Origin: an uncultured Actinomycetes bacterium
GTDB taxonomy: Bacteria; Actinomycetota; Thermoleophilia; RBG-16-64-13
Length of the DNA stretch: 64,000 bases
Direction of reading: 5' to 3'
Assembly (NCBI GenBank): GCA_963841735.1
Contig: CAWJDT010000005.1
Location: 128,001 to 192,000, forward strand
Shown here one piece after another: positions 32,583-45,693 of this stretch. The translations under genes and the position numbers were made by a program. Below the pieces are notes generated by a model. It saw only the letters and a program-made list of their open reading frames with translations. It did not search any database and was not told the origin of the DNA. How positions within the stretch are numbered: position 1 is the first letter of the stretch; each line of letters begins with the position of its first letter.

Positions 32583-34055
32583 GTGGAAGTCCGACTCACC
32601 GATATCCGCAAGCACTTCGGCCCCGTCAAGGCCAACGACGGCATCAGCCTGACCGTTCCCGCCGGCACCATCCAGGGCGTCCTGGGCGAGAACGGGGCCG
32701 GCAAGAGCACCCTCATGAAGATCCTGTCCGGCTTCCAGCCCGCCGACAGCGGCACCATCGAGCTCGACGGCCAGACGGTGCGTATGCGCTCTCCAGCCGA
32801 TGCCATCAAGCACGGCGTGGGCATGCTGCACCAGGACCCGCTGGACTTCCCGCCCATGTCGGTCATCGACGACCTGCTGATCGGCGCACCGGGACGCATC
32901 ATGCCCCGCAGAGCCGCAGGCCGCAGCCGCCGTCACCGAGCTGGCCGCTTCGCTCGGGCATCTCGCTGGACCTCAAGGCCGAGGTGGAGTCGCTGACCCT
33001 GGGCGAGCGGCAGCAGCTGGAGCTTCTCCGCCTGCTGTGGCTGGGAGCCCGGGTCCTCATCTTGGACGAGCCCACCACCGGCATCAGCGCGCGCCAGCGG
33101 CAGGAGCTCTTCGATACCCTGCGCCGGCTGGCCGCTCAGGGCAAGACGGTGCTCTTCGTCTCGCACAAGCTGGAAGAGGTGCAGGAGCTCTGCACCCGGG
33201 TGGCCGTGCTGCGCCAGGGCCGTCTGGTAGGCGAGGCGCTTCCCCCGTTCCGAGTGCGACCGGCTGGTGACGATGATGTTCGAGCGGGAGGTCTCGCCCG
33301 GCGAGCGGCACCACCTGCGTCGCCGGCAAGACGATATTCCGGCTCTCCGGCCTGAGCGCCGAACACGGCCGCATCCGCTTCGAAGGTCTTGATCTGGAAG
33401 TGCGAGCGGGCGAGACCATCGGCCTGGCGGGCATGGAGGGCAGCGGCCAGAGCCTCCTGCTGGAGACATGCGCCGGGCTGGCTCCCGCCACCGGGGGCCG
33501 CATGTTCCTGGAAGACGTCGACCTCACCGGCAAGCCGTACCGGCACTTCAAGCGGCGGGGCGTCGCCTACGTCCCCGCCACCCGCCTGGAGGAGGGGCTC
33601 ATGCCCGGGCTCTCTCTGACCGAGCACTTCCTGCTCACCGAGAAGAAGCCGGGATTCTTCATCAACCGCGAGAAGAGGCCGCAGGATCGCCCAGGAGCGC
33701 ATCGCCGAGTTCAACATCAAGGGCACACCCGACCAACGCGGTGGAGTCGCTCTCCGGCGGCAACCAGCAGCGGGCCCTGCTCGCCCTGGTCAAGCCCGGC
33801 GCGAAGCTCATGCTGCTGGAGCACCCCACCCGGGGACTCGACGTCGAGTCGGTCATCTACCTGTGGAGCAAGCTCAAGGAACGCTGCGGACAGGGAGAGG
33901 CCATCATCTTCACCTCGAGCGACCTTGACGAACTGCTGCGCTACAGCGACCGCATCCTGGTCTTCTTCGCCGGACGGGTCTCGGGGCCGCTGGACGCCGC
34001 CGACCACCTCGGTAGATGAGTTGGGCCAACTGATCGGGGGCGGCGAGCGAACTGA
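32583..34055 (+). CDS. Sugar/nucleoside ABC ATPase, two domains (frameshifted)
   Basis: GENGAGKST, LILDEPT, LSGGNQQ, EHPTRGLD. Confidence 0.88.
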
Positions 34056-35195
34056 CCGACGGCGCACCTCAAGCCACCGGCAGACCTGGATCAATCTGGG
34101 CCTTCAGCTCGGCGCCCTGGTGCTGGCCTTCCTGCTCACCAGCGTGATCCTGCTGATAGCCGGCGCTCCCCCCTTCGAGGCCTTCAAGCAGATAGCGCTG
34201 GGCGCTGTCGGGTCGGTCTCCGGCTTCTCGGACGTGCTCGTGGCCTGGGTGCCGCTGCTTCTGGCTATCGGCCGGTGTGCTGGCGACTTTCGCCGCCGGG
34301 CTGTGGAACATCGGCGTCGAGGGGCAGATCGTGCTGGGCGCCGCCCTCACCACGCTTGTCCTGCGTCTGCTGCAGAACACCACTCTCTCCCCCGCCCTCA
34401 TCATCGTGCTGGCCATGCTCGCGGGCATCTGTGGGCGGCATGCTCTGGGCCGTCCTGGCCGGCATCCTCAAGACCTTCGGCGGAGTCAACGAGATCTTCG
34501 GCGGCCTGGGGCTCAACTACGTGGCCCAAGCCCTCATCCTGTGGCTCATCTTCGGGCCCTGGAAACGCGCCGGGATCGCCTCCATGAGCGGCACCGAGCC
34601 CTTCCCCGAGCCAACTGGCCCTGCCCACAGTGGGGGGACGCGCCTCAGCCTTTGGTCGCTGGCGCTGGGCGTCGTCGCTGTCATCGCGGTGTACGTGCTG
34701 CTCGAGCGCACCCACGCCGGTCTGCGTCTCAAGGCGGTGGGACGCAACCGTCGCGCCGCCTTCCTGCTGGGTGTGCCTACCTGGCAGTACGGGTTGCTGG
34801 CCTTCGCCCTCTGCGGCGCGCTGGCGGGACTGGCCGGGGCCGTGCAGGTGACGGCCGTCTATCACCGCCTCATCCCCACGATATCCAGCGGCTACGGCTA
34901 CCTGGGGCTCATGGTCGGCATGCTCATCCTCTACCGGGCCATCTGGGTGGCTCCGATCGCACTGTTCTTCGCCGCGCTCAACATCGGCAGCATCCAGTCT
35001 GCCCATCGTGCTCCAGCTCGACTCCACTCTCTCCGGCGTGCTCCAGGGCGCCCTGGTGCTGTTCGTATTGGGGGTCGAAGGGGCACGGCAGCGCTACATC
35101 CGCCGGGCCAAAGCCGCGGCTTGGCGACCTCCGGCCGGGACCCCAGCCGCTCGCCGGTAGCCCACGCCTCCCCGGATAGCACGGAGGCCGGCTGA
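34050..35195 (+). CDS. ABC permease (frameshifted; start approximate)
   Basis: WNIGVEGQ, GVNEI, GYGYLG. Confidence 0.82.
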
Positions 35196-36196
35196 TGGAC
35201 GGCACCACCCTAGTCGTCGGACTGGCCGGTGTGCTGACGGCGTCGGCCCCCATCTTGGTGGCCACCATCGGGGAGACGCTCGACCGAGCGGGCCGGCGTC
35301 ATCAACCTCTCGGTCAACGGCAGCATCGTCCTTTCGGCCATGGGCAGCTTCGCCGTGGCTGTCACCACCGGCAGCCTCGTGCTGGGCTTCATCACCGGGG
35401 CCGCCATCGGAGCGCTGGTGGCGCTGATCGTGGCCTTTGGCAGCATCACGCTGCGCCAATCGCAGGTGGCCATCGGCTTCGTGCTCACCCTCTTCTGCCG
35501 CGAACTGGCCTACTTCCTGGGCAATCCCGTTCATGAGCGAGCAGGGCCCCACCCTCGCGGTGCACCCCATCCCCCTGCTGGAGGACATCCCCGTTCTGGG
35601 CACCCTGCTCTTCAAGCACGACATCATGACCTACCTCAGCTTCGTGCTGATCGTCGTGGCCTGGTGGTGGGTCTTCCGCACCCGCCCGGGACTTGACGCT
35701 GCGGGCGGTGGGCGAGCGTCCCGAGGCGGCCTTCGCCCGGGGGTCCCGGGTCAACTTGATCAGATACCTCTACACCGTCGTGGGCGGCGCTCTGGTCGGC
35801 CTGGCCGGCCCCATGTTCTCCCTGGGCGTCAAGGCGGGATGGAAGGGCAGCATATCCGGGTTGGACGGCCTGGGCTGGATCGTGCTCGCCATCGTCATCT
35901 TCGGCGCCTGGAACCCCGTCCGCGCCGCGGTGGGCGCCTACCTCTTCGGACTGCTCCAGTGGCTTAGCGTGGTCCTCCAGCCAAGCCTCCAAGACATCCC
36001 CACGCAGGTGATCCAAGTGGCTCCCTTCCCCTTGATGATCCTCACCCTGCTGCTGGTCAACATCGGCAGCGCCGAGTGGGTGGAGCGTCTGCTGGCCTCA
36101 CTGCCGGAGCCGGTGCGACGGCCGATCGCCCGCTTCTTCCGCTGGCTGCGTGTTTCTCAGCCGAGCGGCCTGGGAATTCCTTTCGAGCAGGACTAA
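35195..36196 (+). CDS. ABC permease (frameshifted)
   Basis: GET..ERAGVINL, LRAVGERP, GLGWIVLAIVIFGAWNP. Confidence 0.85.
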
Positions 36197-36389
36197 CCTT
36201 GTGAGCGGGCCTGCGGCCGGCTTGGCTTGGCCACATGTACTAGTCTACTTCGGCGAAATCTAGGCCTCTTGGACAAAGCCTGAGCCACCCTGCGTTGCTA
36301 TGCTCAGCCCAAGTTCGTCGGAAGGCCGAGAAGCGTACCGAGCCGGCACACGAGACCAACACCGGCACAGCAGGGGTGATGGGAAGATC

Positions 36390-37709
36390 ATGAGACGGAT
36401 GACCATGTTTTGGGGCTGCACCATCCCCGCCCGTTTCCCCTTCATCGAGAAGGCCACCCGGGTCGCCCTGCAGGACCTGGGCGCGGAGCCGGTCGACCTG
36501 GCCGGGTTCACCTGTTGCCCCGAGGCCACCCTGGTCAGATCGGCCGACGAGGAAGTCTTCTACCTCACCGCCGCCCGCAACCTGGCCCTGGCCGAAGAAC
36601 AGGGTCTTCCGTTGCTGACTCCCTGCAACGGCTGCTATTCCACCTTCAAGACCGTCCTCGCCGACCTCAAGATCGACTGGCGGCTGCGCGACAGGGTCAA
36701 CCAGCATCTGGCCGCGAGCCGGCCTGTCTCTGAGCGGTGACCTCGAGGTCTGGCATCTGGTGGAATGGCTGAGCGAAGACCTGGGACCGGCCGCTATGGT
36801 CAAGAAGATCGACAAAACCGCTGTGGGGCATGCGCTTGGCGGTGCACCACGGCTGCCACCTGCTCCGGCCCAGTCCAGCCGTGCGCTGGGACAGCCCCAC
36901 CGCGCCCACCAAGTTCGAGGCGCTGGTGCGCTCCCTGGGCGCGACGGTGGTGGACTATCCCACCAAGATGGACTGCTGCGGCAACGCCCTCGACCGAGTG
37001 GGCGCGCCGGCAGGATTCGCTGGCCATGCTCGAGCGCAAACTCAGCGACGTCCGAAGCCAGGAGATCGACGCCCTGGTGGTCTCCTGCCCCTCCTGCTTC
37101 CTGCAATTCGACCTGAACCAGGCCGCTCAGACGCCGCGCGACCGGCGGCGACATACCGGTGTTCTACATCACCGAACTCATAGCTCTCGCTCTCGGCCAC
37201 AAGCCCGAGGAACTGGGGCTCGCCCGGCACCGGGTGGAGGTGGCGCCGTTCCTGGAGAAATGGGCGGTCAAGCTGGAGCAACGCAAGGCCCTCGCCGAGA
37301 GCCTTCGATGTTGGTCTACTGCAGACCTGCGCCAGTTGCGGCGCCTGCGACGCCGACTGCCCGGTGGCCCAGACCGACACCGACTTCGTGCCGTCGGCCA
37401 TAGTGGGCGCGCTGCTCGCGGACGGACCTGCAGGCGATGCTTGAGAACCCGGATGTATGGCGCTGCGTGGACTGCATGACCTGCTTCGAGCGCTGCCACA
37501 GCCGCATCGGCATGGCCGAAGTGTTCGAGAAGCTGAAGCGTCTTGCCCAGGCGCGCGGCCTGGAACCGGCCGCCGTCCGCGCCAACTACGAGGCCTTTCT
37601 CGCCAACGGGACGCTGGGGAGCGGCCGCGCGGCCGTGAGAGAGAAACTCGGGCTCCCCCCTCTGCCCGAAGGCGGCACCGAAGACTGGAAGACCGTCCTC
37701 GCCGGCTGA
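36390..37709 (+). CDS. HdrB-like CCG-domain protein fused to a C-terminal HdrC-like 2x[4Fe-4S] domain (frameshifted)
   Basis: FWGC, FTCCP, TPCNGC, HHGCH, DCCG, SCPSCFLQFD; then CASCGACDADCP and CVDCMTCFERC. Confidence 0.8.
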
Positions 37710-37729
37710 GGAGGAGGAGTCGTGAGCGG

Positions 37730-38982
37730 GTGGACCTCATCGCTGCCGGCCCGCGGGCCTCCGCCCGCGGCGGCGACGCGCCGGGGCGGGAGTTCGCTCC
37801 CCGTCCCGCCTACCGCGAGGAGGCCGAGCAGCGCCTGCTGGGCGGCTGCGGGCTCATGGGCGTGTGCGACCAGTCGGGCGCCCGCATGAGCGGTGAGCTG
37901 GCCCTGCGCAGCATGGCCTCCATGCACGACCGGGGCAACGGCCTGGGCGGCGGTTTCGCCGGCTACGGCATCTACCCCGAGTTGCCGCATCTTTACTGCT
38001 TCCATCTGCTCTACAACGACGACGCGGCCAAGGCCGACACCGAGTACTACCTCAAGAAGCATTTCCGGGTGGTCATGGACGAGCCCATCCCCACCAAGCC
38101 CATCCGCGGCATCGAGAACGAGCCCATCCTGTGGCGATACTTCCTGGACATCGCCGAGGAGCGGCTGCTGGAGACCCAGCTCACCGAGGCCGACTACGTG
38201 GTCCACGCGGTCATGGACGTCAACACCCACATCGACGGCGCGTTCGTGGCCTCGTCGGGCAAGAACATGGGCGCCTTCAAGGGGGTCGGCTTTCCCGAAG
38301 AGATCGGGGAATTCTTCCGTATCGACGAGTACAAGGGCTGGACCTGGACCGGCCACGGCCGCTTTCCCGACCAACACCCCCGGCTGGTGGGGCGGTGCCC
38401 ACCCCTTCGCCCTGCTGGACTACTCCATCGTGCACAACGGCGAGATCAGCTCGTACGGCATCAACCAGCGCTACCTGCAGACCTTCGGGTACAAGTGCTC
38501 GCTGCAGACCGACACCGAGGTGGTCACCTATCTGTTCGACCTGATGCTCCGGCGGCACGGACTGCCCGTGGAAATAGCGTGCAAGGCTTTGGCCAGCCCC
38601 TTCTGGAAAGACATCGACCTCATGCCTGAGGAACAGCGCAAGCTGTTCACCGCTCTGCGCATGGTGTACGGCCCGGCCCTGCTCAACGGTCCCTTCGCCG
38701 TGGTGCTGGGCATGGCGGACGGCATGGTGGCCCTCAACGACCGCATCAAACTGCGGCCTTTGGTCGCCGCCAGCCACGGCGACGTGGTCTACGTGGCCAG
38801 CGAAGAATCGGCCATCCGCGAGATCTGCCCGCATCCCGAGAAGAGCTGGATGCCCATGGCCGGCGAGCCGGTCATAGCGCGGGTCAGCGAAAAGGGCCGG
38901 CAGAAGGCGTTGGCCCAGGCCAGACTGGGTGAGGGTCAGCGGCGAGCGGCCCCGGGCACCCGGCCGGCGGGGGTGCTCGTGA
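37730..38982 (+). CDS. Glutamate synthase glutamine-amidotransferase subunit (split GltB1-type), frameshifted
   Basis: [55 protein letters not shown]. Confidence 0.85.
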
Positions 38983-40500
38983 TGGCCAACGCCACTTTCA
39001 TCCCCTCGGAGTTCAGGGTGGTCATCGACAAGGACGCCTGCATCCAGTGCGGCCGCTGCGTCAAGCAGTGCGGCTGGGGCGTCTACACGTGGGACGAGGC
39101 CGAGAAGCGGCCCGTGCCCGACCACAGCAAGTGCTCGGCCTGCCACCGCTGCGTGACCTACTGCCCGGCCGGAGCCATCAGCATCAAGAAGAACGAACTG
39201 GCCTTCAAGCGCTCCGACAGCATGTCGCCGGATCTGATCAAGGCCATCTGGAGGCAGGCCGAGACCGGAGGCGTGCAGCTCACCGGCATGGGCAACGACA
39301 AGCCCTACCTGCGCATCTTCGACCATCTGCTGCTGGACGCCTGCCAAGTGACCAACCCCTCCATCGACCCGCTGCGCGAGCCCATGGAGATGCGGACCTT
39401 CCTGGGCCGCAAACCCGACTTCGTAGAAGTGGCCGCGGGTGGGCCCGGCGGGCCGCGCCTGCTCACCGAACTCGACCGCCAGCTCCAACTCGAGACGCCC
39501 ATCATGTTCGGCGGCATGAGCTACGGCTCCGTGTCGCTCAACGTGCACCGCTCGCTGGCCCTGGCCGCCAAGGAGCTCGGCACCTTCATGAACACCGGCG
39601 AAGGCGGCCTCCATGCCGACCTCGAGCCCTACCAGGACAACATCATCGTGCAGTGCGCCTCCGGCCGCTTCGGAGTGGACTCCAGCTACCTGCAGGCCGG
39701 CGCAGCCGTGGAGATCAAGATAGGCCAGGGCGCCAAGCCCGGCATCGGCGGCCATCTGCCGGGCGAGAAGATCGACTACGAGGTCTCCCTCACCCGGATG
39801 ATCCCGCAGGGCACCGACGCCCTCTCCCCTGCGCCCCATCACGACATCTATTCCATCGAAGACCTGCGGCAGCTCATCTACGCCCTCAAGGAAGCCACCG
39901 GCTACAAGCCCATCTCGGTCAAGATCGCCTGCGTGCACAACATCGCGGCCATCGCCTCTGGGGTGGTGCGGGCCGGCGCCGACATCGTCTATCTCGACGG
40001 ATTCCGGGGCGGCACCGGCGCCGCTCCCACCATCATCCGCGACCACGTGGGCCTGCCCATCGAGATCGGCATAGCCACCGTCGACCAGCGCCTGCGCGAC
40101 GAGGGCATCCGCAACCGGGCTTCGCATCGTCGCGGCCGGCGGCATCCGCAGCTCCGCCGACGTGGTCAAGGCCATCGCCTTGGGCGCCGACGCGTGCGCC
40201 ATCGGCACCGCCGCCCTGGTGGCGCTGGGCTGCCACGTTTGCCAGAAGTGCCACACCGGCGCCTGCTCCTGGGGCATATGCACTCAGCGCCCCGAGCTGA
40301 CCCGCAGGCTCGACCCGGAGTGGGGCGCCTCGCAGCTGGTCAACCTCGTGCACGCCTGGACCCACGAGATCGCGGAGGTCTTGGGCGCTCTGGGTGTCAA
40401 CGCCATCGAGAGCCTGCGCGGCAGCCGCGAGCGGCTCCGCGGCCTGGGCCTGGACAAGACCACCCTGGACATCATGGGCGTGAAGCCCGCCGGACTGTGA
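38982..40500 (+). CDS. Glutamate synthase FMN subunit with N-terminal ferredoxin (archaeal GltB2-type), frameshifted
   Basis: [64 protein letters not shown]. Confidence 0.9.
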
Positions 40501-40513
40501 GAGCGAGCCGGCC

Positions 40514-41410
40514 TTGACCAGCCAGCAAGAGAGAACAGCGGTCCCCAACTCGGCGGTGGTGCGCAACGTGCCCACCGGCCCGGCGCGCAAAGGGCCCACC
40601 GGCATCGAACCGGCGCGCCTCACCGCCGGCCAGCCCGGCACCACGCGCGGCGCGGCCGCACGCAAGGGCAGGCGGTCGGTCATCGACAGCCGCGGGGTCT
40701 ACTACAAGACCTTGAACGAACAGATCCGCGAGGAGATCGAGCGGGGAGCCACCGAGGTGGTGCTCGACAACGTCATCGGCCAACGCTACATCGGCACCGG
40801 ACTGGCCTACCCGGGCGTCACGGTGACCATCAACGGAGTGCCGGGCAACGACCTGGCCGCGTTCATGAACGGCCCCACTCTGGTGGTCAACGAGAACGCT
40901 CAGGACGGAGTGGCCAACACCATGAACTCCGGCCTCGTGGTCATCAACGGCGACGCCGGCGACGTGATCGGCTACGGCATGCGAGGCGGGTCGGTGTACG
41001 TGCGGGGCGATGTGGGCTACCGCGTGGGAATCCATATGAAGGCCTTTGGCGACAGCCATCCCCTCCTCGTGGTGGGAGGCCATGCTCGAGACTTTCTGGG
41101 AGAATACATGGCCGGTGGAGAGATCGTCGTATTGGGCCTGGGCAAGGATGACGGCCCGATAGTGGGCTCCTACGTGGGCACCGGCATGCACGCCGGGGTC
41201 ATGTACATACGAGGAGAAGTGGCGGAGCATCAACTGGGCAAGGAAGTCCGCATGATGGAGCCGTCAGACGCCGACAGCGCCCGCATAGCCGAGATCGTCA
41301 CCGACTACTGCCGGTTGATGGACCTGGACCCGCAGGAGGTCATGCAGGAGCCGTTCGTCAAGATCTATCCCTATTCTTCGCGGCCGTACGGCCGCCTGTA
41401 CGTCTACTAG
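40514..41410 (+). CDS. Glutamate synthase GXGXG subunit (GltB3-type)
   Basis: [38 protein letters not shown]. Confidence 0.88.
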   Translation: MTSQQERTAVPNSAVVRNVPTGPARKGPTGIEPARLTAGQPGTTRGAAARKGRRSVIDSRGVYYKTLNEQIREEIERGATEVVLDNVIGQRYIGTGLAYPGVTVTINGVPGNDLAAFMNGPTLVVNENAQDGVANTMNSGLVVINGDAGDVIGYGMRGGSVYVRGDVGYRVGIHMKAFGDSHPLLVVGGHARDFLGEYMAGGEIVVLGLGKDDGPIVGSYVGTGMHAGVMYIRGEVAEHQLGKEVRMMEPSDADSARIAEIVTDYCRLMDLDPQEVMQEPFVKIYPYSSRPYGRLYVY

Positions 41411-41441
41411 AGTGCGCACCCGCACCGGAAAGGAGCAAGGA

Positions 41442-42776
41442 GTGGCAGAGAAGTTGACCAAGGAGGATGTCCTTCGAATCGTGGAGGACAAGCAGATCAA
41501 GTTCGTGCGTTTCTGGTTCACCGACGTTCTGGGAACCCTGAAGAGCTTCGCAGTGACCCCCGCCGAGCTGGAGGGCGCTTTCGACGAGGGCATGGGCTTC
41601 GACGGCTCGTCGATCGAGGGATTTCACCCGCATCGAAGAATCCGACATGATCGCCTACCCCGATCCCAGCACTTTCTCGGTGCTGCCGTGGCGGGCCGGC
41701 GCCGGCGGCGCGGCGCGGATGTTCTGCGAGATCCGCACGCCCGACGGCAACCCCTTCCCCGGCGACCCGCGCAACGTGCTCAAGAAGGTCGTCGCCAGAG
41801 CCGAGGCCCTGGGCTACACCATGTATCGTGGGCCCGGAGCTCGAGTTCTTCTACTTCGAGGACAGCAACGGCACCAAGGTGCTCGACCATGGTGGCTACT
41901 TTGACCTCACCACTCTCGACGCCGGCAGCGACCTGCGCCGCGACACCATCAACGCCCTGCACGCCTTCGGCATCCAGGTCGAGTACTCCCACCACGAAGT
42001 GGCGCCCTCCCAGCACGAGATCGACCTGCGGTACAAAGACGTGCTGACCATGGCCGACAACGTCATGACCTACCGTCTCACCGTCAAGGAGATCGCCGCG
42101 CAGAAGGGCCTGTACGCCACCTTCATGCCCAAGCCCATGTACGGCGTGAACGGCTCGGGCATGCACGTGCACCAGTCGCTGTTCAAGGGCGACCGCAACG
42201 CCTTCTTCGACGCCAGCGACCCGTGCAGCCTGTCCCCGGTGGGCCGCTCCTACATCGCCGGCCTGCTGGCCCACGTCAAAGAGATCGCCCTGGTCACCAA
42301 CCAGTGGGTCAACTCCTACAAGCGCCTGGTGCCGGGCTACGAAGCGCCCGTGTACATCTGCTGGTCGCGCAGAAACCGCTCGGCCATGGTGCGCGTGCCT
42401 CTCTACAAACCGGGCAAGGAGAACGCCACCCGGGTAGAGCTCCGCAACCCCGACCCGGCCTGCAACCCCTATCTGGCCTTCGCCGCCATGCTCGCCGCCG
42501 GACTGGACGGCATCGAGAAGGGCATGGAGCTTCCCGCCGAGCAGGGCGACAACATCTTCGAGATGACCGAGGCCGAGCGCGAACGCGGCCGGCATCGACT
42601 CGCTTCCCGGAGACCTGAACGAGGCCATCAAGGAGTTCGAGAAGTCCAGCTTCGTGCGCGAGGCGCTGGGCGATCACGTCTGCGACTACCTCATCCGCAA
42701 CAAGGTGGCTGAGTGGAACGAGTACAAGATGCTCATCACCCCGTACGAGCTCGAACGCTATCTGCCCAACCTCTAG
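41442..42776 (+). CDS. glnA: Glutamine synthetase type I (frameshifted)
   Basis: FDGSSIEG, GPELEFF, HHEVAPSQHEI, FMPKP...NGSGMH, NSYKRLVPGYEAP, RVELRNPD. Confidence 0.93.
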
Positions 42777-42879
42777 ACAACGATCCCTCCTGTCCGCCCG
42801 GCGGTCTCCGACCGCCGGGCGGCTTCTCTGTGCCGCAAGTCTGGTGCCTTGCCCGCCGCGCGTTCTTTGGAGGAGTCCT

Positions 42880-43391
42880 TTGGTAGAGACCCTGCCCGTG
42901 ACCGGCGCCCGAGCCGTCACGGCTTTTATATGCGCCAACTGTTCGCGACCCTGGCCGGCCAGTCTGACCCCACCGGCTTGGCGCCTGCCGCAGCCGCCGC
43001 TGTTCGAGTGGCCCGTTCCGGTGCGCGAAGTCCTGGTGCCTGCACCGGACGGCTACAGCCCGAGCACGTGCTCAAGGCGTTCGAGTCGGGCGCCGACCTG
43101 GTGCTCACCGTGTCGTGCGAGCAGGCTGACTGCCGGTACCTCCAGGGCAGCGAGCGCTGGAGCCGCCGCGCGGACTACGTGAGGGCCATCCTCGACGAGA
43201 TCGGGCTGGGCGGCAACCGCCTGATGCACTTCCAGCTGACGGGCGCGACAGGGGCAGACGCCGTCCGCGACGCGGTGCTGCTGGCCCTTGAGGGGCTAGC
43301 CCCCAATCCTTTGCACCGCGAGCTCCCGGTCGATGCAGCCGAGGAGGCCTACCAACAAGTGGAAACGAGCGAGGAAGAGAATGAAGACTGA
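42880..43391 (+). CDS. MvhD/FlpD-like [2Fe-2S] protein, divergent (frameshifted)
   Basis: FICANC, PCTGRL, AFESGAD, C...CRYLQG, IGLGGNRL. Confidence 0.75.
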
Positions 43392-44238
43392 CCTTGGCCA
43401 GGCCCTCAGCTCCGGGCGGCTGCTGCTCACCGCCGAGTGCGTGCCGCCGCGCAGCGGCGGCGCAGAGGCCGTCCGCGCCCTCTCGGCCGCGCTGGCCGCC
43501 GAACCTTGACGCCGTAGTGGTGGCGGACAATCCGGACGAGATCCACGGTTCGGCGCTGGCGTGCGCCGCTCTGCTGGCCCGAGAAGGGCCGCGAGGTCAT
43601 ATTGACCATGGCCACGCGCGACCGCAACCGGATCGCTCTGGAAAGCGACGCCCTGGGCGCCTCCACCTTGGGTGTCAAGGGCATTCTCTGCCTCAGCGGC
43701 CAGCACCAGTCGCTGGGTGTATGCCCCCAGGCCGCGGGCGCCAACGACATCGATTCCTTGCAGCTCACTCAGGCCCTGAAGGGGCTCGAGACTCCCGAAC
43801 CTGCTGCTGGCAGCGGTGGCCCACCCCTATCTGCGACCCCTCGAACTGAACCTGATCAGGCTCAAGAAGAAGATCGCCGCCGGCGCGGACCTCCTGTTCA
43901 CCCAGCCGGTGTTCGACTTCGACGCCTTCGCCTCCTGGATGGACGCCGTGCGGGCCGCCGGGCTCGAGGGCCGGGCCGCCATCATAGCGAGCGTGCTCCC
44001 CCTCACCAGCGTGGAGCAGGCCGAGTTGCTCCGGCAGCGGCAGACCTACGGACCTCTGGACGAAGCCGTGATCGCCCGCCTGAACGAAGCCTCCGACGCC
44101 GCCAAGGAAGGACTGGCCATAGCGGCCGAGATCGCCGGCCGGCTCAAGACGGTCCCCGGCGTCCGCGGCATCCATATCCTGTGTGGCGGCGCCGAAGCCC
44201 TCTCGGGCCAGGTCGTCCAGGCGGCGGGACTGGCGTAG
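43381..44238 (+). CDS. metF: Methylenetetrahydrofolate reductase (frameshifted)
   Basis: TAECVPP, DNP, RDRNRIAL, LCLSG, KKIAAGAD..FTQPVFD, GIHI. Confidence 0.82.
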
Positions 44239-44249
44239 GTGAGCATGTC

Positions 44250-45693
44250 GTGCCCGACCGCTATCACATCCACACCGCCGCCACGGCTCCCCGATTCCAC
44301 CGGGTGGGCAAGTTCGGCAACGTCGACTGGCGCGAGGACTGCTCGCGCTGCACCAACTGCGTCAAGCTCCGCTGCCTCTACGACGTCTACAAGCACGAGG
44401 CCGCGTACAACCGCGACCCGCTCGTCTCGGTCGACACGCTCAACGAATGCAAGTCCTGCCTGTCGTGCGTCCAGGGCTGCACCAAAGGCCTGCTGAGCGT
44501 CTCGGTCAACCCCGAGTATCCTCGCCATGGGCGACGAATACTGGAAGCCCGACATCCTGCTCACCACCTGGAACCAGGCCGACAACGGCAAGAGTCCCCG
44601 TCTCGGGCGCCGGCTACCGCGGGCGCTTCCACGGCCCGGGCTTCGACTCCATCTGGACCGACATGTCGGAGATCGTCCGCCCCACCCGCGACGGCATCCA
44701 CGGACGCGAATACATCTCCACCTCGGTGGACATCGGCACCAAGCCTATGCGTCTGCAGCTTCGCCGCCGACGGCAGTCTGCTCACTCCGCCTTCGCGCCT
44801 TGTGGAGCTGCAGCTCCCGGCCGTCCTGGACATGCCGGGCTGGCCCGTGGAGAGTCGCGACCTCTGGCCGCGGCCCGGGCAGAGGCGGCCGCGCAGCTGA
44901 AGACCCTGGCGGTGATGACGGCCGCCGAGGCCTCCCTGGTGCCGGCCGAGCTACTCGCGTCGGTGCGTGCCCCTGGTCAGCGAAACCGAAGCCGAGAGCC
45001 ACGGGCAGCTGCTCGACCAAGTGCGTCATGGCCCAGATCGCCGATCGCCGGCCACGGCCGGCCGGGCGACCTTGCCCGCAAGTTGCAGGCACGCCCACCC
45101 GCGGTTGCTGGTCGCCGTCCGCATGGAACTCCGCCCCAACAGTGCCGACCGCATCATCGAACTGAGCCGGCAGGGCATCGGGGTCTTCCAGTTGTGCGCC
45201 GACCTGCACGGGCGCGAGCGCCTGGAGAACGGCAGGCGCCGGCCGGCACATCAAGGACGCTATGCGCGAAGTCCACGGCCGGCTGGTCACGGCGGGCCTG
45301 CGCGACGAGGTGACGTCTGATCGTCTCCGGCGGCATCGCGCTGGCCGAGCACATGGCCAAGGCCATCATCTGCGGGGCCGACCTCGTGGCGGTGGACACA
45401 CCGCTCCTGGTCGCCCTGGGCTGCCGCGTCTGCGGTGGCGGCGGCGACTGCGACTCGGGCACGCGACTGCCCGGTGGACATCGGTTCGGCTCGATGCCGA
45501 CTACGCCGTCCACAGGATGGTGAATCTGATGGGCGCGTGGCACAGCCAGCTCATCGAGGTGCTCGGGGCTATGGGCATCCGCGAAGTCCGCCGCCTGCGG
45601 GGCGAAGTGGGACGAGCCATCTTCATGGAAGACATCGAGAAGGAGGCCTTCGGCGATCTCGCCCACGTGCCTCAGACTGAGGTGCACGCATGA
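44250..45693 (+). CDS. Divergent glutamate-synthase FMN-subunit-like protein with ferredoxin (frameshifted)
   Basis: CSRCTNC, CKSCLSCVQGC, GFDSIWTDMSEIVRPTRDGIHGREYIS, SGGIA..EHMAKAIICGAD, MGIREVRRLRGE. Confidence 0.75.

Noticed and set aside
38277-40283. Long antisense ORFs here and across the window
   Set aside because: Shadow frames typical of high-GC coding DNA with no recognisable motifs
37893-40517. Apparent GltB1-GltB2 fusion ORF (874 aa)
   Set aside because: A TGATG stop/start overlap at 38980-38984 marks a normal gene boundary; the fusion is probably an indel artefact
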